From assembly GCA_013214245.1 (NCBI GenBank), contig JABSQE010000011.1, forward strand, positions 220 to 64,219: a DNA stretch of 64,000 nt, in the 5' to 3' direction. Source of the DNA: Hyphomicrobiaceae bacterium. Lineage in GTDB: Bacteria > Pseudomonadota > Alphaproteobacteria > Rhizobiales > Hyphomicrobiaceae. The notes below the pieces were generated by a model, which had not been told where the DNA came from, did not search any database, and was given only the letters and a program-made list of their open reading frames with translations. Positions 30,237 to 40,869 of the stretch are shown piece by piece; positions within the stretch are counted from its first letter, which is position 1; each line of letters opens with the position of its first letter. Made by a program: the position numbers and the translations under genes.

Positions 30237-30605
30237 ATTTATTAATGCCGTTCTAAATATGCGCGATATAATTATCTTGGGTAAAGCTGTTATTAATTGA
30301 ATTTATAATAAGTACCTGTCAGAAAATTTCGATATTACTAAAAGTTATTTTTCTTTACAAAAAAGTTACAAGGGCATACTGGCAACCTTTAGTTGTATCT
30401 AGTGGTTTATAGCTTGTAATCATAATCGACTTATGAACGAGGAAATAACAGAGATAACTGAAACACCCCAAAACAACAAACGTTCCATTCAAAATTACGA
30501 ACCGATTGGATGTAGATCTGCACCAACCTTGCCAGCTAGTAACTTGAAAGGCAGTGTTGTAGAAGAGTTAATGTCGTTAATATTAAAATATAGGGCTAAA
30601 AATCA

Positions 30606-31613
30606 ATGTCAAAATTGCGGATCTTGATAATAAGCGACGGCCGAGCTGGGCATTTTCATCTGTCAGAAGGTATAGCTGCTGCTCTAGGCCGCAAACAAGA
30701 TGTTGATACAGAATACCTGCAAATAAACTGCAATAATTATCCTGGATTAGCAGTTTCTATGATGACACGCAGTTGGATGAGTTCACAACAAATCCTCAGA
30801 ATAGTCTACGGACTAAAAATGATAGCATTGCCCGATGTAGATTTAGTTGTTTCAGCTGGTAGTAAAACATTAGCTGCTAACATTTGTATGTCAAGATTGT
30901 TAAATGCAGCAAACATATTCTATGGTTCTTTACGTCGCTTCCGTGCTCAAGATTTTACTCTGGTTCTCACGTCTTACCCACGACAAACAAGACTAGCTCC
31001 TAATATAATTCATGCGCTTAAACCATCTGCACTTGACCCAGACACCCTGCCTAGCACCAATGTTAATGGTAGGTTTGGAATGGTGATAGGTGGGCCGTCA
31101 AGGAGAATAAATTTTTCACAAAACGACTGGCGTATCTTAGGCAATATGATGCAAAATACGCACATGCTCTGCGGAGTGCGCTGGAGTGTGAGCAATTCAC
31201 GTCGTACGCCAAAAGAAGTTAACGCAATGCTGAGTGCTTTATCTAAGAAAAAGCACAGCCCGATCGATGAATTCATAGATGTCACGAGTACTAGGCAGAA
31301 AACTCTCTCTGATCTTTTTGCAAAAGTCAGCAGTGTAGTTTGCACCGCCGATTCAAGCAGCATGATTTCGGAAGCAGTGTGGGCTCGGAAGCGTGTTATT
31401 GCAATAGAGCCAAACAAATTTGCATTGACTAGAAATGAGAGAAACTACCGAGACTGGCTCGAGAGTAAAGGATGGATAATCTCCTATAAACTAAAAGAAA
31501 TAGAGCCTGAAAAACTTATTTGGTTGTTTAATGCGTTGAAGCCGATGTCTCATAACCCTCTTGATCATCTTTCTAAACTCTTAGCCGAGAAAATAGTATG
31601 CTTTGATAAGTAA
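30606..31613 (+). CDS. ELM1/DUF1022-family protein (glycosyltransferase-like fold, function unknown in bacteria)
   Basis: 335 aa. The N-terminus LRILIISDGRAGHFHLSEGIAAALGRK matches the DGR(A/P)GH..Q..G(L/I)A.AL start I associate with this family. Confidence 0.65.
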   Translation: MSKLRILIISDGRAGHFHLSEGIAAALGRKQDVDTEYLQINCNNYPGLAVSMMTRSWMSSQQILRIVYGLKMIALPDVDLVVSAGSKTLAANICMSRLLNAANIFYGSLRRFRAQDFTLVLTSYPRQTRLAPNIIHALKPSALDPDTLPSTNVNGRFGMVIGGPSRRINFSQNDWRILGNMMQNTHMLCGVRWSVSNSRRTPKEVNAMLSALSKKKHSPIDEFIDVTSTRQKTLSDLFAKVSSVVCTADSSSMISEAVWARKRVIAIEPNKFALTRNERNYRDWLESKGWIISYKLKEIEPEKLIWLFNALKPMSHNPLDHLSKLLAEKIVCFDK

Positions 31614-31627
31614 TAAGTTCAAAGCTG

Positions 31628-32107
31628 TTATATCCATTCGATTTTGAGGATCTCATAAGAACGCGATCCCTTAGGAGTAGTAACCTCGACAGAATCTCCT
31701 TCTTGTTTTCCAATTAGTGCACGTGCGATGGGAGATGTGATGGAAACTTTTCCAGCCTTTACATCGGCTTCAAGCTCACCGACAATTTTATAAACAACCG
31801 TATCCTCGGTGTCTTCATCGACTAGAGTTAAAGTTGCCCCGAATTTTACAGTATTTCCAGATAACATTGAAGGTTCAACAACGTCGGCACGACCTAGCTT
31901 ATCTTCAAGTTCTGCGACCTTAGCCTCATTCATTCCTTGTGCTTCCTTCGCAGAGTGATATTCGGCATTTTCCGATAAATCCCCGTGCGCGCGTGCCTCG
32001 GAAATGGCCTGAATAATACGCGGTCGCACTTCAGATTTTAGCCGCTGTAGTTCAGCTTCCATAGCGGCATACCCTTCTGCTGTAATGGGCACACGTTCCA
32101 TCGCCAT
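31628..32107 (-). CDS. greA: transcription elongation factor GreA
   Basis: 159 aa. ...[18 protein letters not shown]...[28 protein letters not shown]... and the C-terminal ...[22 protein letters not shown]. Confidence 0.95.
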   Translation of the reverse strand: MAMERVPITAEGYAAMEAELQRLKSEVRPRIIQAISEARAHGDLSENAEYHSAKEAQGMNEAKVAELEDKLGRADVVEPSMLSGNTVKFGATLTLVDEDTEDTVVYKIVGELEADVKAGKVSITSPIARALIGKQEGDSVEVTTPKGSRSYEILKIEWI

Positions 32108-32222
32108 TGTTAGGGTCTCCTTTTTAGGTAAATTGTGCTATTGGATTTCCCACAGATTCAACATTCTTTGAAATAGAAATTAACGCACAATATTGTAAGT
32201 TAGAGTTTTAATTTCTTGCTGT

Positions 32223-35200
32223 TTAATCAGTGTAGCTCTGCAACGACGCAATTTTTATACTGCCAGTCTTAAAAGCCTTAATAGCTTTAGTGACCGCAAG
32301 AGCGCCATTTAAGGTTGTATAGTATGGGATCTGATTCAGCAAGGCAGTTCTGCGAATATCCTTAGAATCTTCCAAAGCTGTAGCCCCTTCAGTCGTATTG
32401 AAAACAATAGAAATTTCACTATTTTTCATGGCATCAACAACATTAGGACGGCCTTCAAAAACTTTATTGATGCTTGTACAATATAACCCTTGTTTTTCTA
32501 AAAAGCACTTTGTTCCGCGAGTTGCGAGGAGTGAAAAGCCCATACTAACAAGTTCACGTGCAGCTTCGATAATACCCTCCTTATCATCATCACGCAAAGA
32601 AATGAGAACTTTTCCGGATTTAGGGATTTGTTGTCCAGCGCCAAGCTGAGCTTTTCCAAAAGCCATTGCAAAGTCGAAGTCTATCCCCATTACCTCTCCT
32701 GTTGAGCGCATTTCTGGTCCTAAAACAGTATCGACGCCCGGAAAACGAACAAAAGGAAAAACTGCTTCTTTAATCGCTACATGCTTGACAGCGGGTGTTC
32801 TCAAATTGAGATTTGCTAACTTTTCACCAGCCATTATCTTAGATGCTAAACTCGCAAGAGGTAATCCAATAACTTTCGCAACGAACGGTACTGTTCTACT
32901 GGCACGGGGGTTAACCTCAAGGATATAAATATTGTTGTCCTTTATTGCGTATTGCACGTTCATTAGACCAACAACGCCTAATGATAAAGCTAGTAGACGA
33001 GTTTGTGTTTCGAGATCGCGAATAAGAGTATCACTTAGAGTATGCGGTGGTAATGAGCAGGCGGAGTCGCCTGAATGGATACCAGCTTCTTCGATGTGTT
33101 CCATTACACCAGCAATAAACACATCTTTACCATCGCAAATGCAATCTATGTCAACTTCAGTTGCATTTGTCAAATAACGATCGATAAGTAATGGTCGCTG
33201 CTTTGAAACAATTAACTCGGATGGACTGCCAAGCGTTGCTATCAGCCGTTCTACATAATGCTTAATCTCATTACTGTCTTGCACTATTTCCATCGCTCGG
33301 CCACCTAAAACATAAGATGGCCTAATAACTACAGGATAGCCAATATTTTCAGCTTTAGTCACAGCTTGTTGCGGTGACTTTGCAATACTACTCTCTGGCT
33401 GTTTGAGACCAAGCTTTGTTATTAACGCGCTAAAACGATCTCTATCTTCGGCGAGATCAATAGCATCTGGTGATGTGCCAAGAATTGGAACACCTGCTTT
33501 TTCCAAAGTAGATGCCAGCTTTAAAGGAGTTTGGCCACCGAATTGTACAATAACTCCTTTAATGATACCCCTGGCTTGCTCTGTATGAATGATATTAAGT
33601 ACATCTTCAGATGTTAATGGTTCAAAATACAGACGGTCGGACGTATCATAATCAGTTGAAACAGTCTCTGGATTACAATTGATCATTATTGTCTCATAAC
33701 CATCCTCAGATAGGGAAAAGCATGCATGACAGCAACAATAGTCAAACTCAATACCCTGCCCAATTCTATTAGGTCCTCCCCCAAGAATAATAACTTTCTC
33801 GCGTTCAGTGGGCTGCGCTTCACACATTGGAACATCAAACAAACTTTCTTCGTAGGTAGAGTACATATATGCTGTGGGTGATTCAAATTCTGCCGCACAT
33901 GTATCAATACGTTTAAACACAGGATGTATGCCTAATTGATACCGTTTTGCTTCAACCTCTTTGATGCTTATTTTTGCTAAGGTAGCAAGTCGTAAATCCG
34001 AGAACCCCATGGCTTTGAGCTGCCTCAGGATAGCAGGGCTATCTGGAAGACCATGTTTTTGCACACGAGCTTCCATTTCTACAATTTCAGAAATTCTGTC
34101 CATAAACCAGGGATCATAATGACAGTATTCTTGAATTTTTTCAGATGGTTCGCCAAGCCTAAGAGCTTGAGCTACTTTTAGCAATCGATCGGGAGCTGGG
34201 CGACTTACCGCTGCCTGAATAACATTTTTGTCATCTCCTTGCCCAATACCTCTCAATTCAACATCATCAAGACCTGATAGACCTGTTTCCATCGAACGAA
34301 GTGCTTTTTGAATGCTTTCAGAAAATGTTCGTCCAATGGCCATAACCTCCCCAACGGATTTCATAGCAGTGGTGAGTGTTGTGTCTGATCCTGGAAATTT
34401 TTCAAACGCGAAACGTGGGATTTTTGTGACAACATAATCAATTGCCGGCTCGAACGAAGCAGGTATGGCGCTGTCTGTAATATCATTTCCTAATTCATCA
34501 AGGGTATAGCCGACTGCGAGGCGTGCTGCTATTTTAGCTATAGGGAATCCAGTTGCTTTTGAGGCGAGAGCAGATGACCTAGAGACTCTTGGATTCATTT
34601 CAATAACAACGAGTCTGCCGTCCTTCGGATTAATAGCGAATTGAACATTTGAGCCACCGGTTTCAACACCAATTTCTCGCAACACACTTATCGATGCGTC
34701 ACGCATGATTTGATATTCTTTATCGGTAAGCGTTAACGCGGGGGCAACTGTTATGGAGTCACCCGTATGAACGCCCATAGCGTCGATATTTTCAATCGAG
34801 CAGACAACAATACAATTATCTGCTCGATCACGAACGACTTCCATTTCAAATTCTTTCCATCCGAGAACACTTTCTTCTATGAGAATCTGATTAGTAGGAG
34901 AGGCATCAAGTCCACGTTCAACAATGTCAAAATATTCTTGTTTGTTGTAGCCAACACCGCCGCCTGTCCCACCAAGGGTAAAAGATGGCCGAATGATTGC
35001 AGGAAGTCCAATAAGCTCTATGGCAGCAGCTGCTTCAGTAATATTATGAGCAAGTGCAGAGCGTGGTGTTTCAACACCAATTTTTTTCATCGCCTCACGG
35101 AATGATTGACGATCTTCGGCTTTGTGAATTGCAGCAGCATTAGCTCCAATAATTTCAATTCCAAGATCTTTAAGTACTCCGCTATTGTGGAGGGCAAGGG

Positions 35201-35495
35201 CTGTGTTTAACGCGGTTTGTCCACCCATTGTTGGCAAAAGTGCGCAGGGTCGTTCTTTAGCCAGAATTTTGGCAACAACATCTGGCGTGATCGGCTCAAT
35301 GTAAGTGGCATCGGCCAAATTTGGATCAGTCATTATTGTCGCTGGATTAGAATTAACCAATATAATTCGATAACCCTCAGCTCTCAAAGCCTTACAAGCT
35401 TGGGTGCCGGAGTAATCGAACTCACAAGCCTGGCCAATTACAATCGGGCCTGCACCAATAATTATGATTGAATTGATATCAGCGCGTTTTGGCAT
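32223..35495 (-). CDS. carB: carbamoyl-phosphate synthase large subunit
   Basis: 1090 aa. [37 protein letters not shown], a duplicated ATP-grasp halves pattern (second half [24 protein letters not shown]), and a C-terminal MGS-like domain. Confidence 0.95.
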   Translation of the reverse strand: MPKRADINSIIIIGAGPIVIGQACEFDYSGTQACKALRAEGYRIILVNSNPATIMTDPNLADATYIEPITPDVVAKILAKERPCALLPTMGGQTALNTALALHNSGVLKDLGIEIIGANAAAIHKAEDRQSFREAMKKIGVETPRSALAHNITEAAAAIELIGLPAIIRPSFTLGGTGGGVGYNKQEYFDIVERGLDASPTNQILIEESVLGWKEFEMEVVRDRADNCIVVCSIENIDAMGVHTGDSITVAPALTLTDKEYQIMRDASISVLREIGVETGGSNVQFAINPKDGRLVVIEMNPRVSRSSALASKATGFPIAKIAARLAVGYTLDELGNDITDSAIPASFEPAIDYVVTKIPRFAFEKFPGSDTTLTTAMKSVGEVMAIGRTFSESIQKALRSMETGLSGLDDVELRGIGQGDDKNVIQAAVSRPAPDRLLKVAQALRLGEPSEKIQEYCHYDPWFMDRISEIVEMEARVQKHGLPDSPAILRQLKAMGFSDLRLATLAKISIKEVEAKRYQLGIHPVFKRIDTCAAEFESPTAYMYSTYEESLFDVPMCEAQPTEREKVIILGGGPNRIGQGIEFDYCCCHACFSLSEDGYETIMINCNPETVSTDYDTSDRLYFEPLTSEDVLNIIHTEQARGIIKGVIVQFGGQTPLKLASTLEKAGVPILGTSPDAIDLAEDRDRFSALITKLGLKQPESSIAKSPQQAVTKAENIGYPVVIRPSYVLGGRAMEIVQDSNEIKHYVERLIATLGSPSELIVSKQRPLLIDRYLTNATEVDIDCICDGKDVFIAGVMEHIEEAGIHSGDSACSLPPHTLSDTLIRDLETQTRLLALSLGVVGLMNVQYAIKDNNIYILEVNPRASRTVPFVAKVIGLPLASLASKIMAGEKLANLNLRTPAVKHVAIKEAVFPFVRFPGVDTVLGPEMRSTGEVMGIDFDFAMAFGKAQLGAGQQIPKSGKVLISLRDDDKEGIIEAARELVSMGFSLLATRGTKCFLEKQGLYCTSINKVFEGRPNVVDAMKNSEISIVFNTTEGATALEDSKDIRRTALLNQIPYYTTLNGALAVTKAIKAFKTGSIKIASLQSYTD

Positions 35496-36298
35496 TCCAG
35501 CAACCCTTTTTCAAATCGTCATGCTATTTCTGTCTTTAGTGCCTATTAGCAACAGAAACTTCTAGGCTTCGCTTACATTGGTGCGTATGAACTTACACCT
35601 AAAATATTGCCTATAAATAAGAACAAAAAATCTTTTGCATAGCTTGCCGCTGCATTTACAAAACACAATGGCTCATTATGGTTTTATAATGCATAGGTAA
35701 TATTTTGTTCTCAACATCACAGCTAAAATTAGATCGCAACCGGCAGGGCGTTTCGGCTAACTGTTATCGGGAAATTCGGTCTCCAGCTGATCAGGTTGCC
35801 ACCCTACAAAGCAAAGTGCCAGTTTGAGAATAATACGGTCTTTTGCCGACTGATACAGCCTTCAGAACTTATTTTTTGTCTAGATTAAGTATATTTTGCC
35901 TTTATATCATGTATCTTCATGTTCATGAAACAATCAAGTGCGTAACATGCGAGACTTTAGAGGTAAGTATTGAACAATCCTTATTCATTTCATTAAGGAA
36001 AAAAAGTTTATAGGCATAATACAACTATTTTTTTCGTTAGGAATTCTAAGTCATTTTAAAAGGTTAGCATATCTATATTTTGTGTTAGTTGATTAATTAT
36101 TAATCTTGTTGCCTTCTATCAAAGAGGGCGCGCATATGATTACAACTATGTTTACAAAATAACCACAAACAGTTACTGCAACTTTATAATGACGAGGATA
36201 TAAATATTTAATTGTTATGTCACATAGTATTTATTTTTACTAAAAACAATGATTGTAATAAAATGTGAAATAGCCAAGTCTTGTTAGAGTAAATTTGA

Positions 36299-37201
36299 AT
36301 GCTGAAAAAACATTACAACAAACAAACTTGTGTCTGCTTTAGCTTAGTGTGTTATGTTCTTTGTACTATATTAATGCTTGTAAAAGTGGAAAAAGTTATA
36401 GCGGCAACAGAATGCTCTTCAGGTTCAAAATCTAAAGCTCGCTTAATTGAAGGCACATTAGTTGCTCGAGATGGCTTAAGAAAACTTTATGTAGCGGTTG
36501 AAATTTCTCTTGAATCGGGATGGAAAACATTTTGGCGCCACCCCGGTGATACAGGGGGTATGCCGCCTTATGTAGATTGGTCAAAGTCAAAGAACCTTGC
36601 TGTTGCAAAAATCATGTTTCCAAAGCCAAAGCGAATTAAAAGCTCGATTGGAGACGTTATCGGTTACAAGCATCATGTTGTTCTTCCCATAAAAATTAAA
36701 CCAATAAACACTAATCAACCGATATACTTTGTGTTAGACTTTAGATATGGTATATGTAATAAAGTGTGTATACCAGTTTATTGTGAATTAAAGTCAGTAA
36801 TAAGATATTCACAAACTAACTATATGCCATTGAAGCTGGCAAAAGCTCTGAAAAATGTACCAATTGCAATAAAACCAAGCTCACCGAATTATCCTAAGAT
36901 TATCCGAGCTGAACTTAATCAAAAAAGATCAACATCCGAGTTAATCATAGATGCTCTTTTTCCCCGTGGCATAATGGGAGCAGATCTTTTTGTTGAGTCT
37001 TTGAGCAAAGTTTATTTGCCCGTAACAAAACGTATAGATATGCCGACGAAAAATATATTGCGTTACCGAATTGATCTGAGAGACAATATAGATCATACAA
37101 GTTTAAGTACACAAAAGCTACGCTTTACGATAGTTAGTGATAAAATTAGCGTAGAAATCGAGCGCGACTTTGACCGGTATGAAATACCACAAAGACCCTA
37201 A
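36299..37201 (+). CDS. exported protein with DsbD-N/ScsB-like (thiol:disulfide interchange, PF11412-like) domain
   Basis: 300 aa with an N-terminal hydrophobic signal or anchor. ...EISLESGWKTFWRHPGDTGGMPPYVDWSKSKNL...MFPKPKR...IGYKHHVVLPI...YGICNKVCIP matches the GWKTYW..PGD.G.P...W / C..VC pattern of DsbD-alpha-like domains. Confidence 0.6.
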   Translation: MLKKHYNKQTCVCFSLVCYVLCTILMLVKVEKVIAATECSSGSKSKARLIEGTLVARDGLRKLYVAVEISLESGWKTFWRHPGDTGGMPPYVDWSKSKNLAVAKIMFPKPKRIKSSIGDVIGYKHHVVLPIKIKPINTNQPIYFVLDFRYGICNKVCIPVYCELKSVIRYSQTNYMPLKLAKALKNVPIAIKPSSPNYPKIIRAELNQKRSTSELIIDALFPRGIMGADLFVESLSKVYLPVTKRIDMPTKNILRYRIDLRDNIDHTSLSTQKLRFTIVSDKISVEIERDFDRYEIPQRP

Positions 37202-37594
37202 GCCTGAAAGTTTCAAACTTACGCATCAATAATTAATTAATTTTCTTGTACATGTAGTGCGTAATTCAATGGTAATGTCAAACATTGCATGAGCAATGCA
37301 GTTGCAATATGTATTCGAATCTTTTTTTGTGAATTTGATTAAAATCGAGACTTAGACGGTATAGACAAAAATATTAATTGCTGCAAATTAAATTTTAGCA
37401 CCATACTTATTTTAACATTAATTAAAAGCTTTCTACAATAAATATCAGTTTTATTTTTCTGAGCGTGACTTCAAGTTATCACCTGTCCACTTCGGGCGCT
37501 AAATAAATAGCGAAATTGTAGTAATTTTACTAATACAGCACCCCGGCTCAGCCAGGGTGTGAGTGTTTACACGTTACTATGATGATTTTTTTGT

Positions 37595-37810
37595 CTACAA
37601 TCCATTCCACTTTAAGTGGTGTTGCCAAAGCCCAAAACCTCTAAACTCAGGCCAGCGCCAAGATATTTTGACTTTATCTGCGTATTGTTGATTGTCTTCA
37701 GATGAGAGCTGGTCAGAGAGAAGACTGATGTTGTTCCAAAATAAGCTAATTGTCCAAGTGTCGCAGTTTTTTTCTAGATCAAACATTCCATTTCGCCACG
37801 TAATTTGCAA
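37595..37810 (-). CDS. hypothetical Trp-rich small protein, or C-terminal relic of a larger gene
   Basis: 71 codons starting at TTG, with an internal ATG at codon 9. No SD seen and no recognisable motif. Sits alone in a 2.2 kb gene desert. Confidence 0.2.
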   Translation of the reverse strand: MQITWRNGMFDLEKNCDTWTISLFWNNISLLSDQLSSEDNQQYADKVKISWRWPEFRGFGLWQHHLKWNGL

Positions 37811-39394
37811 TTTATAGCTCCTATTCTGATTTCTTAAGTCACCTTGGTTGTTGAGCTCGATTTACTCTAAGTTTTGCACTTATGATCGCTTAATGTTTAG
37901 CAGTTATTCTTGATTTAATATTCTTAAAAAATGCGTGATTCTAATCATGTTAGTCAACATATTAGATACACCAAAAAAGCTGCAGTGACAGTTTGAGTGT
38001 CACAGTCAAGCACTTGTTAGCTGTTCATATTTTATAAAGTTAAGTATAGCAGATGTATTTAGTAATCGCTTCTTTGCTTAAAAAACATCGTTAAGTATGG
38101 TCTAGTTAGGAGTTTTGACTTTTATTGATTTCAATATAGGTATCGGATCTGACAGAAACGCTCAGTAGTATACTTAAACATCCGCCTTCCTCATAGCTAA
38201 ACTTAAATTCATTTTGTATAAAAATAATTCTGCTGTTAAAAAAAAAACTCTCTCCCGCTATGTATAGCGATATAAAAAAGCACAATAAATTGAGCAATGG
38301 TTTTGTACCTATCGATCTCCTTTGCACTAATCTTCGATTATCGAATGTTTAACGGGTAGGATATACTTCCGGTGATTTCTCAAGACTTACTATAAACGCT
38401 AAAATAAAACTTAAAAACCTCTATATCTTGCTAAGAATGTCAATTGTATTAGTCTAATGTTAAAAGCTGATTTATAATAACAATTATATGAAACGCTAGC
38501 CTTAGTCTTTATAAGATATAACATCTCCATATTATTTGTTCATGTTTAGCTTTGAGCGCTAATGGAACCTCGTTTTTATTGCTTAAAAACTATATTTGTA
38601 TTTTTGTTCAGTAAAGGTAATACGTTACGAATACAGATGTTTTGAGCTAATTTTTGTGTTTTAGTGCACCGTTGTTAGATCTTCACGGAATTTAGGATTT
38701 TGAAACATTTGTAGTTTTAAATAAAGGCAAAGTATGTATCACTTTATGCTGCTTTTTCTAAAATCATCCGACAAAGTTATTCTCTGAAAAATTAAGTTAA
38801 TTAAGTTAGATGAGTTATGCTGATTAAATACAATTAGTTTTCGCGCTGTGTTTTATGAAAGAACTTCAGATTTTGCTTAATTGTTTGCATGTAGATCTCA
38901 ACAATCTAGAATAGCCGTATATTGTGATAATTGATGCATAATTATCACCAGCATATCCGTAACAAAGTGCAATATACCGATATGTTTGATGATGCAAAAG
39001 CTATGATGAAGTTTAGATGATCTCGCACAAAGTAGCTTTGAATAAACGTGAGCCCATTCGATAATGTCACATGGCGTGGCAATAATAATTTTGAAGGCTG
39101 GCAGTTTTCTTTTTAACTATGTACGTGCACATTTCAGTGTTTATTAGTAACAGTATTTGCCTTAACAATTTGAGGGAGGTGTTGAGCGGTAAAAGATATT
39201 GATTTCTGTTATATCGAAGACTTCTTCGTACTAAGTCCTAGGTGTAACAGATGAAAGGAACGTTACGACAATACTTTTATATAGTTTTCGTAAGTGGTTA
39301 GTATCGCCCCGATGTTTCAAAGAACTATTTCCAACTCAACTGCTCCGGTAAAAACTAACATGCAGCACTTAGGACAACATTTATAATGATATGA

Positions 39395-40054
39395 TTAAAG
39401 CTGAAAGTGGAACTTTTTAGTAAGTTCAAAACCAGGCAAAATGGGCGCAACGGCGTCAAATACTTGTCGACTGTCGAAATTGCTGCCAAATCTACGCCAT
39501 TGCCTAACCCGGCCATAGCCTTCCTCAATTTGAATGGCGACAAGCCGACCTCCATCTTTTAGCTGGTTTAGAAGATGCATGTCTAAACTGTAAATAGCAC
39601 CATTTAAAAGTATCGCATTATAAGGTCCTTCTTCAACATGGCCATCGGGTAAAGCACCAACAACAACTACTGCGTTATCAATACGCGCGTCAGAAATCGC
39701 AGCTGTTGCTTGAGCGGCTAACTTCTCACAGCTTTCTAAGCCAACGACAGTTTGAGCAATGTGTGATATTACAGCCGTGCTATAACCAGTACCACAACCG
39801 ACGTCTAGTACAAGATCATCTTGTCTTAGCTCTAAGTGTTGTACCATTTTAGATAGTGTCCGCGGCGGTAGCAACACCCGTCCGTTGCTAAGAGGTATGA
39901 CTTCATCGACATAAGCCACAGAACGATTGTCTTTCATTACAAAGCGCTCACGTTCTACGTCACGCATTGCAGCGATAACCCGACGGTCAATCACATCACT
40001 AGGTCGAATTTGGCTTTCTACCATGTTAAGTCTTTGTAGTTCAGTACTAATCAT
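39395..40054 (-). CDS. pcm: protein-L-isoaspartate O-methyltransferase
   Basis: 219 aa. ...MVESQIRPSDV..., SAM-binding VLDVGCGTGYSTAVISHI, and ...PYNAILLNGA.... Confidence 0.85.
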   Translation of the reverse strand: MISTELQRLNMVESQIRPSDVIDRRVIAAMRDVERERFVMKDNRSVAYVDEVIPLSNGRVLLPPRTLSKMVQHLELRQDDLVLDVGCGTGYSTAVISHIAQTVVGLESCEKLAAQATAAISDARIDNAVVVVGALPDGHVEEGPYNAILLNGAIYSLDMHLLNQLKDGGRLVAIQIEEGYGRVRQWRRFGSNFDSRQVFDAVAPILPGFELTKKFHFQL

Positions 40055-40211
40055 ATTATGAACTCACTTTTTATTGTGTTATGTGTAATCCATCAACAGC
40101 TCTACATAAATCAATCACTTAATCAAGGCGACCTATGATACGTGGTGAAGGAAATTCTTTGTTTTACAAAGTTTAAAAAATAGTGTACTCAGTTTGTGAA
40201 GTATATAAGTA

Positions 40212-40285
40212 GGCCACGTGGCGGAGTGGTGACGTGGCGGACTGCAAATCCGTATACCCCGGTTCGATTCCGGGCGTGGCCTCCA
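40212..40285 (+). tRNA. tRNA-Cys (anticodon GCA), CCA encoded
   Basis: Folded by hand. Acceptor GGCCACG/CGTGGCC, anticodon stem GCGGA/TCCGT with loop CTGCAAA, T-arm CCCGG-TTCGATT-CCGGG, discriminator U, then CCA. The anticodon arm is nearly identical to the E. coli tRNA-Cys arm as I recall it. Confidence 0.95.
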
Positions 40286-40869
40286 AGGTTTTACTCAAAC
40301 TCTAAGACCTTAAACAGTACGCTGATAACTAGTCTTTTCACACTAGGGTGAGTGCTTTTTACAGGCTTTACACTTCATTAGTGTACGTTCCAAGTTTGTA
40401 GAGTTAATATTTCTTTTTGAGTGACAGTTCAGTTTGGGTCTTTACTCTTATTATACTTCTTAGTCAGATCTTCTTTAAAAGTTAACATATTTCAGTGAAT
40501 TCCATATCTAATATAAACAATTACTTTAAAGAACTACAAGTTTGCAGTAGAATTAGAAGCAAACAGTTGTTTCTAATTTCCAAAAAGACAAACGCCATTT
40601 TTATAACATATACAGGTTTATCGAGATTCTGATTTCAAATACGTTGAACAAAATACTGTTGTGATGATGTTTTTCAGGTGGATTGTTGATATTTACAGCC
40701 AAGATTTCCTTAAACTAAAGCATTGATGTTTAGATTATAGCAAATAATTTATTTAACTAGATTAACAAGATATTTCATCCCCAATTAAGGGCTTTTTGTT
40801 GGCTAAGTGCTTTATTTAGGTGTTCCTTAGGATTTAGCTGTTTGAGAATATGGCAAGGACCTTTCACTA

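Noticed and set aside
30433-30627. 64-aa ORF overlapping the start of the ELM1-like gene.
   Set aside because: The translation is a low-complexity, Asn/Glu/Gln-rich peptide with no SD and no recognisable domain. It probably arises by chance, though a leader peptide cannot be excluded.
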